DNA from: Burkholderiales bacterium
GTDB lineage: Bacteria > Pseudomonadota > Gammaproteobacteria > Burkholderiales > SG8-39
Reading direction: 5' to 3'
Assembly: GCA_023383795.1 (NCBI GenBank)
Contig: JAHDYJ010000001.1
Span: 31,266 to 95,265 of the forward strand
Length of the DNA: 64,000 bases
Within the stretch, counting starts at the first letter, position 1. Each line of letters opens with the position of its first letter. A model generated the notes under the pieces. The model did not search any database. It saw only the letters and a program-made list of their open reading frames with translations, and had not been told where the DNA came from. Below, one piece after another: positions 1 through 7,229 of this stretch. A program made the translations under genes and the position numbers.

Positions 1-229
1 AGCCCGGCTGCATGATCTGGACGTGCCCGAGGCGCGAGCGGATCGTGCCTTCCCGCATGCCCCAGAACACCCACTCGATGAAGCCGCCCGCGAGCAGCAG
101 TGCGATCACGCCGAACGCGACGGATGCGACGCCGATGGAGCTGCGCCGCCGCTGGCGCAACACGTTGCGCATCGCCAGCCAGCCGTCGATCTTCAGGGCT
201 TCCGCGCTGCGGGCGAGCATCAGTGCCAC
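1..229 (-). CDS. ABC transporter permease, FtsX/MacB-like, N-terminal fragment running off the window
   Basis: Reverse-strand reading from GTG 229 (or ATG 220) gives ..ALKIDGWLAMRNVLRQRRRSSIGVASVAFGVIALLLAGGFIEWVFWGMREGTIRSRLGHVQIMQPG. This is the usual A-x-RN-x-x-R-x-x-RS motif plus first TM helix of FtsX-family permeases. It is absent from the ORF track because there is no stop in the window. Confidence 0.55.
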   Translation of the reverse strand, partial: MALMLARSAEALKIDGWLAMRNVLRQRRRSSIGVASVAFGVIALLLAGGFIEWVFWGMREGTIRSRLGHVQIMQPG

Positions 230-337
230 CGACCGGGCTCCGAGGGGCGACGGAAGTCGACCCAATGACCGCCCGAGCGTCGCTTCGCCGGGCGCGCGAA
301 TAGTATCATCGGCGCCAGACGCGACGCAGTCGCCGCC

Positions 338-1231
338 ATGGGCTCCGGCACCGATCCGACCACCTCGCATTTCGACTACCCGCTTGCGTTCTCGCGCAAC
401 ATCGGGTGGGTCACCGACGCCGAGCAGCAGAAGCTCCGGCGCGCGCGCGTCGCGATCGCCGGGCTCGGCGGCGTCGGCGGCGCGCATCTGCTCGCGCTCG
501 CGCGCCTCGGCATCGGCGCCTTCAACCTCGCCGAGGGCGACGTGTTCGAGGTCGCGAACTTCAACCGGCAGGTGGGCGCGACGGCGAACACCGTGGGGCG
601 GCGCAAGCTCGACGTCATGGCGGAGATGGCCCGGGACATCAATCCAGAGCTCGATCTCCGGCTCTTCCCGGACGGCGTCACGCGCGACAACGTCGCGGCG
701 TTCCTGGAGGACGCCGACATATACGTCGACGGCCTCGACTTCTTCGCCTTCGCGGCGCGCGGGCTCGTGTTCGAGGCGTGCGCGTCGCGCGGGGTCCCCG
801 CGGTGACCGTCGCGCCGCTCGGGATGGGCGCCGCGCTGCTCACCTTCCTCCCGGGCGGCATGACCTTCGAGGAGTACTTCCGCTGGAAGGGATGCTCGGA
901 GGACGAGATGGCGCTCCGCTTCCTCGTGGGGCTCTCGCCGGCGATGCTGCAGCGGGGCTATCTCGCCGATCCGCGCGCGGTCGACCTGCGCGCGGGACGC
1001 GGGCCGTCGACGACGATGGCGTGCCAGCTCTGCGCCGGCATCGCGGCGACCGAGGCGCTGAAGATCCTGCTCGGCCGCGGCCGCGTCATCGCCGCGCCGC
1101 GCGCCATGCAGTTCGACGCGTATCGGTGCAAGGTCGCCTACACGTGGCGGCCGTGGGGCAACGGCAATCCGCTGCAGCGCCTGGCGATGGCGGTCGCGCG
1201 CCGCGTGCTGCGGCGCCGGTCCGGAGCCTGA
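338..1231 (+). CDS. ThiF/MoeB/HesA-family E1-like adenylyltransferase
   Basis: 297-aa ORF. It carries the nucleotide-binding loop RVAIAGLGGVGGAHLLALARLG, the NFNRQ motif and the TTMACQLCAGIAATEALKILLG segment typical of the family. Confidence 0.85.
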   Translation: MGSGTDPTTSHFDYPLAFSRNIGWVTDAEQQKLRRARVAIAGLGGVGGAHLLALARLGIGAFNLAEGDVFEVANFNRQVGATANTVGRRKLDVMAEMARDINPELDLRLFPDGVTRDNVAAFLEDADIYVDGLDFFAFAARGLVFEACASRGVPAVTVAPLGMGAALLTFLPGGMTFEEYFRWKGCSEDEMALRFLVGLSPAMLQRGYLADPRAVDLRAGRGPSTTMACQLCAGIAATEALKILLGRGRVIAAPRAMQFDAYRCKVAYTWRPWGNGNPLQRLAMAVARRVLRRRSGA

Positions 1232-1248
1232 TCCGCAGGCGCCGCGCG

Positions 1249-2319
1249 ATGAGCGTCGTCGAAGAGATCCTGGACCTCGCGCGCTGGGCGCCGAGCGGCG
1301 ACAACACCCAGCCGTGGCGCTTCCGGGTGCATGCCGACGACCACTTCGTCGTGCACGGCTTCGACACGCGGAAGCACTGCGTCTACGACGTCGAAGGGCG
1401 CCCGAGCCAGATGTCGATCGGTGCGCTGCTGGAGAACATCGGCATCGCCGCGACGCAGTTCGGAGTGCGTGCGGAGGTCCGCCGGCGCGCCGAGTCGGGC
1501 GAAGAGACGCCCGCATTCGACGTCCGGCTTCGGCCGGACCCGGCGATCCGCCCCGATCCGCTGATCCCGGCGATCCGCGAGCGTGCCGTGCAACGACGGC
1601 CGATGCGCACCCGGCCGCTGTCGGCCGCGGAGAAGGCCGCGCTCGAGCAGGCCGTGGCGCCGGGCTACACCGTTGCGTGGCAGGAGGGCCGGGGCAACCG
1701 GTTCCGCATGGCGCGGCTGCTGTTCCGCAACGCGAAGCTGCGCCTCATCATGCCGGAGGCCTATCTCGTCCATCGCGACATCATCGAGTGGGGCGCACGA
1801 TATTCGGCGGACCGCGTACCCGATCAGGCCCTCGGCTTGAGCCCGGTCTCGCTCTGGCTGATGCGGCCCGTCATGAAGAGCTGGGAGCGCGTCGAGTTTG
1901 CCAACAAGTACTTCGCCGGGACGGTCATGCCCCGGATCGAGCTCGACCTGCTCCCGGGGCTCGCCTGCGCGGCGCACCTGGCGATCGTCGCCGACCGGGC
2001 GCCGGCGGCGATCGACGACTTCGTCGCGGCCGGCCGGGCGATGCAGCGGCTCTGGCTCACCGGCACCCGCCTCGGACTGTATCTGCAGCCGGAAATGACA
2101 CCGCTCATCTTCGCGCGCTACGTGAGGTCCGGCGCTCGCTTCTCGCGGGTCGACCGGGTCTGGGACGGCGCCCAGCGCGTCCGCGTGGATCTCGAGGCGA
2201 TTCTCGGCAAGGAGCACGCGGAGCGGGCCGTGTTCCTGGCCAGGATCGGCGCCGGCCCGCCGCCCCGGGCCCGCTCCGTGCGGCGGCCGCTCGCCGACCT
2301 GATGCTCGGTCCGGAGTGA
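1249..2319 (+). CDS. Nitroreductase-fold FMN oxidoreductase, double-length (Acg/SagB-like)
   Basis: In-frame ATG at 1249 inside ORF 406..2319. The upstream part of that ORF is Arg-rich and overlaps the ThiF gene. The N-terminus ILDLARWAPSGDNTQPWRF is the nitroreductase signature. At 356 aa it is roughly twice the length of a single nitroreductase domain. Confidence 0.8.
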   Translation: MSVVEEILDLARWAPSGDNTQPWRFRVHADDHFVVHGFDTRKHCVYDVEGRPSQMSIGALLENIGIAATQFGVRAEVRRRAESGEETPAFDVRLRPDPAIRPDPLIPAIRERAVQRRPMRTRPLSAAEKAALEQAVAPGYTVAWQEGRGNRFRMARLLFRNAKLRLIMPEAYLVHRDIIEWGARYSADRVPDQALGLSPVSLWLMRPVMKSWERVEFANKYFAGTVMPRIELDLLPGLACAAHLAIVADRAPAAIDDFVAAGRAMQRLWLTGTRLGLYLQPEMTPLIFARYVRSGARFSRVDRVWDGAQRVRVDLEAILGKEHAERAVFLARIGAGPPPRARSVRRPLADLMLGPE

Positions 2320-2593
2320 GTGAGCGGTCGCCGCCGACCCGCCCCCGTTCGGCCCGGGGCCGTGTCGGCCTCGCTTACGGCCACCCGGCGGCCCGCCGGA
2401 GCGATCTGCCGCTACGGCCCCCTTCGATGCCGCGACAAACAAACCCGCGCGTTGCCTTTGGCCATGGAGCGGGTCGGAAACGGCCCTCTTCCGTGAGGGT
2501 GCCAGCCGGTCGCGTCCAGGCCGTCGACTCGGTTTACAGGCGGCCTTTCCCCGGGCGTGTCTCCGTTTCCCGACATGGTATTTATACGTGTAT

Positions 2594-2640
2594 TTTCAAA
2601 CGCTTGAGTCAAGTGCGCCAAGTTGGGCCGATTCTTGCTA
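2594..2640 (+). promoter_or_regulatory. Candidate sigma-54 (-24/-12) promoter with upstream IHF-like site for PEP-CTERM cargo gene 1
   Basis: 2623-2640 TTGGGCCGATTCTTGCTA aligns to YTGGCACG-N4-TTGCW, with GG and GC spaced by exactly 10 nt (10/12 conserved positions). 2594-2606 TTTCAAACGCTTG is one mismatch from WATCAANNNNTTR and sits in a locally AT-rich patch. The promoter ends 81 bp upstream of ATG 2721. Confidence 0.5.
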
Positions 2641-2720
2641 CCCCTGGGGTGAAGGCCAATGTCGCGAGCGAAGCGGCGGCAGCCGGATCAATCTGGAATA
2701 GCAGCTAGGAGCAAACACAA

Positions 2721-3746
2721 ATGAAACGGTCCCACTTCCAGCGCATCGTGATCGGATCGGCGCTCGCGCTCGCGAGCTTCGGTGCGAACGCCGTGGTGTT
2801 CTTCAACGGCCTGCACGACATCGAGATCCTCAACCGCGAGAACGTCTACCGCTCGACGGCCACCTGCGCGGAGAGCGGCGGCTGCCTCGCGTTCGATCCC
2901 GCGAACGATCCGGTAGGCTTCCAGCGCGCCGATCCGTCGATCCCGAACAACATCCTGCAGGGCGACATCTTCGCCGGCGTGTTCGCGACCCGCGAGGTCA
3001 CGCACGTCGCTTCCGGGGTGACCACGTGGAGCGCGGACAACGTCGCCGCCGGGGGCATCGACACCTTCACCGGCTACTTCGCGCAGGCGGTCGCTGCCGT
3101 GCAACTCAACGCGATCGGCGCCCTGGACCGGATCATCCTCGGCACCACCCCGGTGGACCCCTTCGGCGTGCTCGGTGCGGGCGAGGTGGCGCGCATCTGG
3201 GTCGATACGGGTGCGGGGTCGCCGTTCGTGGGGGATGGCTTGGGGACGACGACCTTCTTGTCGATCGCCTCCGCCACCGACGGCTCGCTCTGGGCCGCGT
3301 TCGGCGTCGGCGCCACGAATGCGCCGGTCGACAACGACGGCTACACCTACTCCGAGGCGGAGATCGGGGGCGGGCTGGCGAACTTCGGCACCGGCACGTT
3401 CTACAGCGCGTGGGACATCCTGCTCCAGGGCCCGGCGTTCAACATCGCCGGCGTGAACCCGATCAACGACCCGACCGAAGGCATCTTCGGCGGGCTGCAG
3501 GCCGGCGACCCGCTGCTGACCGCGTTCCAGAACCTGTTCGGCGTCTGCTTCCCGGTCGCGGGCACCTACGCGTGCAACGACATCGTCGGCAACGGGCAGC
3601 TCAGCGTGAACCAGAACGTCAGCCCGTGGCAGTTCGCGAGCGAGGATCCGCTGCAGATCAACGTGGTCCCCGAGCCGGGCACGCTGGCGCTGCTGGGCGC
3701 GATGCTGGTCGCGGCCGGATTCGCCCGCCGCCGGATCGCGCGCTAA
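2721..3746 (+). CDS. PEP-CTERM sorting-domain protein (exosortase cargo)
   Basis: Signal peptide MKRSHFQRIVIGSALALASFGANA. The C-terminus VVPEPGTLALLGAMLVAAGFARRRIAR shows the PEP motif, a TM helix and an Arg cluster. SD AGGAG at 2707-2711. Confidence 0.92.
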   Translation: MKRSHFQRIVIGSALALASFGANAVVFFNGLHDIEILNRENVYRSTATCAESGGCLAFDPANDPVGFQRADPSIPNNILQGDIFAGVFATREVTHVASGVTTWSADNVAAGGIDTFTGYFAQAVAAVQLNAIGALDRIILGTTPVDPFGVLGAGEVARIWVDTGAGSPFVGDGLGTTTFLSIASATDGSLWAAFGVGATNAPVDNDGYTYSEAEIGGGLANFGTGTFYSAWDILLQGPAFNIAGVNPINDPTEGIFGGLQAGDPLLTAFQNLFGVCFPVAGTYACNDIVGNGQLSVNQNVSPWQFASEDPLQINVVPEPGTLALLGAMLVAAGFARRRIAR

Positions 3747-3789
3747 GGCGATCGACGCCGGGTCGCGAGACCCGGTCGATTTCCCGGAG

Positions 3790-3822
3790 CCCGCAGCGAA
3801 GAGCTGCGGGCTTTTTTCTTTT
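3790..3822 (+). terminator. Rho-independent terminator after cargo gene 1
   Basis: Stem CCCGCAGC (3790-3797) / GCTGCGGG (3803-3810), loop GAAGA, followed by CTTTTTTCTTTT. Confidence 0.75.
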
Positions 3823-3894
3823 CCGCGCATTGCCGCGGCGCCCGAAGCGGTTAGGATTGCGCAGCCTGTCCTCGCCCGCCAACCCTCCCGGCTC

Positions 3895-4854
3895 ATGCGC
3901 CACGTCCCCTGCGCCCTGTGCGGCGCCGATGCCCCGGTCCGCTACTCGCGGCCGACCGACCACATCAGCGGCGAGACCTTCGACGTGGTGCGCTGCCGGG
4001 AGTGCAGGCTCGTCTACGTCGATCCGCAGCCCGAGCCCGCGGAGCTGCCGCGCTACTACCCGTCAGTGCACCAGCAGTCGGAGCCGGCCGGCTACGAGAA
4101 GATGGACGCGCGGCCGCGCGCGAAGCTCGTGGGCGCGCTGCTGGGCGGCCGCACCGGCCGAGTGCTCGACGTGGGCTGCGGCAAGGGCCTGCTCCTCGCC
4201 GCGCTGCGCGACGCAGGCTGGGAAGTGTGCGGCACCGAGCTCTCCGAGGTCTCCGGCCGGTACGCGCGGAGCCGCGGCATTCCGGTGCACCAGGTGCCGG
4301 TCGAGGACGCCCCGCTGGAGGACGGAAGCTTCGATGTCGTCACCCTCTTTCACGTCCTCGAGCACCTGACCGATCCGAAGCACAGCCTCGCGCGGATTCG
4401 CGCCCTGCTGCGCCCCGACGGGTTCCTGGTCGTCGAAGTTCCCAACATCGGGAGCTGGTACGCGAGAGCGTTCGGCGACATCTGGTTCCATTACGACGTG
4501 CCGCGGCATCTCTACCACTTCGATCCCGCGACGCTGCGCAGGATGCTCGAGACGAGCGGCTTCGCGATCGAGCGGCAGACCACCCGCAACCTCCAGTACG
4601 ACGCGTTCGGCGCCGTGCAGAGCGCGCTCAACGCGGTGCTGCGGCGACGGAACCTGCTGAACGACTTCAACACGGGCGAAGTGGCGGCGAGGGACCTTCT
4701 GCGCGGCGGGCAACCCGTGCGCGACATGGGGGCGCTGGCGCTCAGCCAAGTCGCGCTCGGCATCGGCTTTCCGCTCCTCGCGCTCGCCGAGGTCCTGGCG
4801 AGTCCCTGGGTCGACGGGGGTACGCTGCGCTGCGTGGCCCGGCTCAAGGCGTAG
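3895..4854 (+). CDS. Class I SAM-dependent methyltransferase with N-terminal Cys-knuckle
   Basis: N-terminal CALCG...CRECRL four-Cys pair, SAM motif I VLDVGCGKGLL, and DVVTLFHVLEHL (Methyltransf_11/23-like). Confidence 0.85.
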   Translation: MRHVPCALCGADAPVRYSRPTDHISGETFDVVRCRECRLVYVDPQPEPAELPRYYPSVHQQSEPAGYEKMDARPRAKLVGALLGGRTGRVLDVGCGKGLLLAALRDAGWEVCGTELSEVSGRYARSRGIPVHQVPVEDAPLEDGSFDVVTLFHVLEHLTDPKHSLARIRALLRPDGFLVVEVPNIGSWYARAFGDIWFHYDVPRHLYHFDPATLRRMLETSGFAIERQTTRNLQYDAFGAVQSALNAVLRRRNLLNDFNTGEVAARDLLRGGQPVRDMGALALSQVALGIGFPLLALAEVLASPWVDGGTLRCVARLKA

Positions 4855-6046
4855 CCGCCCGGGCGAGCGCGCGGAATCGCTCGCCCGCCCGGTACCGCGC
4901 GAAGGCGGCGGAGACTTTGGCCGCCGACTCCGCATACGCGGGATTGGCGAGCAGATCGCGCACGGCGGCCAGAATTCGCGGCGCGCTCGCACGGTCGGCG
5001 CGGACCAGCCGGCCCGCGCCGGCGGCGGCGATGGCGCGCATGTTCAGGAACTGATCCAGGTTGCTCGCGACGCCGAGCACCGGCACGCCCGCCGCGAGGG
5101 CCTGCTGGCTGGTCGGACTGCCGCCGTTGCAGATCACCAGCTTCGACCGCTCGGCGACCTCGGTGCCGGGCAGATAGCGCGCGACGTAGGCGTTTCGAGG
5201 GGCCGCACCTCTCGCCTCGAGGCCGGCCGTCGCGACCGCGATCGTGCAGTCGACCTGCGACAGCGCTTCGAGCGTCGCGTCGAGGCCCGCCTGGTGCCCC
5301 GAGCTGCCCAGGGTGACATAGACGAGCGGCCGATCCCGTGGCAGTCGCGACCACCACTCCGGAAGCGCGACCGGCGGGGACCACAGGATCGGTCCGAGGA
5401 AGCGATGCTCGGGCGGCGCATCGCGCAGCGGAAAGAGCTCCGGCACGTCGGCATAGAGGACGCGGTCGCCGTCGGTATAGGCGCGACGCAGATCGCCGCC
5501 GAGCGGGGGAAGTCCGTGCCGGCGCCGCACGCGGGCGAGCGGACGCGCGTGGCGCTTGAACGCGAGGGGCCGCACGAGCTGGAACGCCGCGTCGGCCAGC
5601 GGGATCGGCAGGAACCGCGTCGCCGGATGGCTCGGAATCGGGTAGCGCGGGCACGCGTAGTAGGCGCTCCAGTAGGCGTTGGTGAGGTTCCAGTAGGGGA
5701 TCCCCGCGCGGCGCGCGCTCACCGAGAGCGACAGCCGGAAGTCTCCGACGACGACGTCGGGCCGGACGGCTTCGAGCACCGCCAGGTCCTCGCGAACGTA
5801 CTCCTCGAGCGTCTGCTCGTCGTACACCGGGCGGCCGACGGCGAGCGCGCGCAGGAACGCGCTCGGCTCGATCGACCGGATGCTGCGCACCTCGCCGCGG
5901 AAGGCGCTCACGGCCCACCGCGCGCGCGGATCGCACGCAAGCGCGACCTCGAATTCGGCCGGGTCGAGCGCCGCGGCCAATGCGAGCGGCCGCGCGACGT
6001 GCGCCAGCGTCACCGCCTCCGCGACGAATAGGATCTTATTGTCCAT
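4844..6046 (-). CDS. GT1-family (MGT/UDP-glycosyltransferase-type, GT-B) glycosyltransferase
   Basis: 400-aa ORF. The C-terminal nucleotide-sugar motif VICNGGSPTSQQALAAGVPVLGVASNLDQFLNMRAI resembles the hGGxGT..GvP....DQ..NA signature. It converges on the methyltransferase with an 11-bp overlap. Confidence 0.85.
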   Translation of the reverse strand: MDNKILFVAEAVTLAHVARPLALAAALDPAEFEVALACDPRARWAVSAFRGEVRSIRSIEPSAFLRALAVGRPVYDEQTLEEYVREDLAVLEAVRPDVVVGDFRLSLSVSARRAGIPYWNLTNAYWSAYYACPRYPIPSHPATRFLPIPLADAAFQLVRPLAFKRHARPLARVRRRHGLPPLGGDLRRAYTDGDRVLYADVPELFPLRDAPPEHRFLGPILWSPPVALPEWWSRLPRDRPLVYVTLGSSGHQAGLDATLEALSQVDCTIAVATAGLEARGAAPRNAYVARYLPGTEVAERSKLVICNGGSPTSQQALAAGVPVLGVASNLDQFLNMRAIAAAGAGRLVRADRASAPRILAAVRDLLANPAYAESAAKVSAAFARYRAGERFRALARAATP

Positions 6047-6140
6047 GCCCAGGCATGCGCGCGGGCGCGCAAACCTGGAAGCTTACTCGCGCGTCGGATG
6101 TCCCGCCGTGGCGCGGGCTCCGGGGGGCCGACACGACGTG

Positions 6141-6173
6141 CACAAAAAGAAATCCCCGCACTCGGCGGGGATT
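6141..6173 (-). terminator. Rho-independent terminator after cargo gene 2
   Basis: On the minus strand: AATCCCCGC-CGAGT-GCGGGGATT followed by TCTTTTTGTG. It lies about 28 bp downstream of the stop at 6201. Confidence 0.75.
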
Positions 6174-6200
6174 GGGCGGGTCGTTCCCTCGCGGCGCTTG

Positions 6201-7058
6201 CTACGCGCCGCGGCGCGCGGCGCGGAAGCGCCACAGGCCGGCGCCGGCGATCGCGAAGAGCAGCGCGGACGCGGGCTCGGGCACCTTGTTGTCGCCGGGC
6301 GTCGTGTACACCGCGAGCAGCTTCACGTAATCCTTGTTGCCGGCGCTGCAGAGGCTCACGTCGCCGGACCCGTTCTGGTCGTAGCACCCGGTGCCGATGA
6401 GCCAGTGGTTGGCGGACACGCCCGACTCGTTGACGGTCTTCTTCGAGTTCGTCGCCAAGTCGAAGTAGTTGCCGATCAGATCCCAGCCGTTCGCGGTGAG
6501 CTGGCTGTAGTTCAATCCGGCGAGCGTCGGCGAGCCGACCCCCGTGTACGCGAGCACGAAGAGGTCGGAGTCGTTGGAGCTCCAGCCGATCTCGACGCCG
6601 GTCAGCTTGACGCTCTCGTCGAAGCTGAAGAGGATCGAGTCGTAGCGCTGGTTGTTGTCCATCGCGTGCTCGGGCGAGTTGCCTTCCACCCCGTCTCCGC
6701 CGTCGCCGAGGCCGGCCGGCGCCGGGCTGGGTGCGTTCGCCATGTCGCGGTTCTGCACGCCGAGGCCGCTGCTGCCCCACGCCGGCAGGTACGCGGTCTG
6801 CAGCGGTCCGCTCCCCGAGCCCTGCGTGTTCGACCACGCCTGTGCGGTGACGTCGGTCGTCGGGGGCAGCGGCAGCGGGCTGCCGGAAACCGAAGACGCG
6901 TGCCGCGTGTTGCCGAAGTTGCACGCCGCCGTGGCGTTCTGGCCGAGGCAGTTCGTGCTGCTGTTGAAGTTGAACGTCCACTTGACCTCGGCCCATGCGG
7001 GCGCCGCCGCGAGCGCTGCCGCGCAACCCATGGCCCAGACGAGATTTTTTGCATTCAT
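6201..7058 (-). CDS. PEP-CTERM sorting-domain protein (exosortase cargo)
   Basis: Start moved to ATG 7058 (MNAKNLVWAMGCAAALAAAPAWA signal peptide, SD GGAGG at 7070-7074). The ORF-track start 7118 would add 20 non-signal residues. The C-terminus KVPEPASALLFAIAGAGLWRFRAARRGA is a PEP-CTERM signal. Confidence 0.9.
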   Translation of the reverse strand: MNAKNLVWAMGCAAALAAAPAWAEVKWTFNFNSSTNCLGQNATAACNFGNTRHASSVSGSPLPLPPTTDVTAQAWSNTQGSGSGPLQTAYLPAWGSSGLGVQNRDMANAPSPAPAGLGDGGDGVEGNSPEHAMDNNQRYDSILFSFDESVKLTGVEIGWSSNDSDLFVLAYTGVGSPTLAGLNYSQLTANGWDLIGNYFDLATNSKKTVNESGVSANHWLIGTGCYDQNGSGDVSLCSAGNKDYVKLLAVYTTPGDNKVPEPASALLFAIAGAGLWRFRAARRGA

Positions 7059-7085
7059 TGTTTGAGACCTCCGACTCCCAACCCA

Positions 7086-7133
7086 AAGCAAGCGGCATGC
7101 CGAGGGTTTTATTTCCATTAAATCAAACTGTTA
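7086..7133 (-). promoter_or_regulatory. Candidate sigma-54 (-24/-12) promoter plus IHF consensus site for PEP-CTERM cargo gene 2
   Basis: The minus strand at 7102-7086 reads CGGCATGCCGCTTGCTT and matches TGGCACG-N4-TTGCW at 10/12 positions with correct GG-N10-GC spacing. 7121-7133 (plus strand) AATCAAACTGTTA is a full match to WATCAANNNNTTR. The -12 GC lies about 30 nt upstream of ATG 7058. Confidence 0.55.
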
Positions 7134-7187
7134 AGGCCTCGCCGTCGTCGCCGCCGGACAGACCTGTAAAGCCGTGCGACGGCCCGG

Positions 7188-7214
7188 CTGGATTCCCGCT
7201 TGTGCCGGAATGAC
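7188..7214. repeat. REP-like imperfect palindrome (GATTCCCGC..GCGGGAATGAC family)
   Basis: CTGGATTCCCGC-TTGT-GCCGGAATGAC, just downstream of the prsT stop. Related copies are listed as separate features. Confidence 0.7.
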
Positions 7215-7229
7215 CCGTGCGGCGGGCTG

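Noticed and set aside
12-806. 264-aa plus-strand ORF at the window start.
   Set aside because: Its Ser/Arg/Pro/Thr-rich composition is implausible. It overlaps both the minus-strand permease fragment and the ThiF gene.
406-1248. N-terminal 281 residues of ORF 406..2319, which would make a 637-aa protein.
   Set aside because: This part is an Arg-rich low-complexity string overlapping the ThiF gene in another frame. The nitroreductase signature begins right after the in-frame ATG at 1249.
2533-2540. Shared 8-mer TTTACAGG upstream of both cargo promoters (2533-2540, and the reverse complement at 7163-7170), considered as a candidate enhancer half-site.
   Set aside because: A single 8-mer shared between two ~200-bp regions is about what chance predicts. 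The distances to the -24 box also differ (about 90 versus about 65 nt). It is worth rechecking only with orthologous promoters.
6201-7058. Enrichment of N-x-S/T sequons in PEP-CTERM cargo 2 (NSS, NAT, NDS, NYS, NES, NGS).
   Set aside because: Six of about 20 Asn residues lie in sequons. In a protein this Ser/Thr-rich, three to four are expected by chance, so the excess is not significant by eye.
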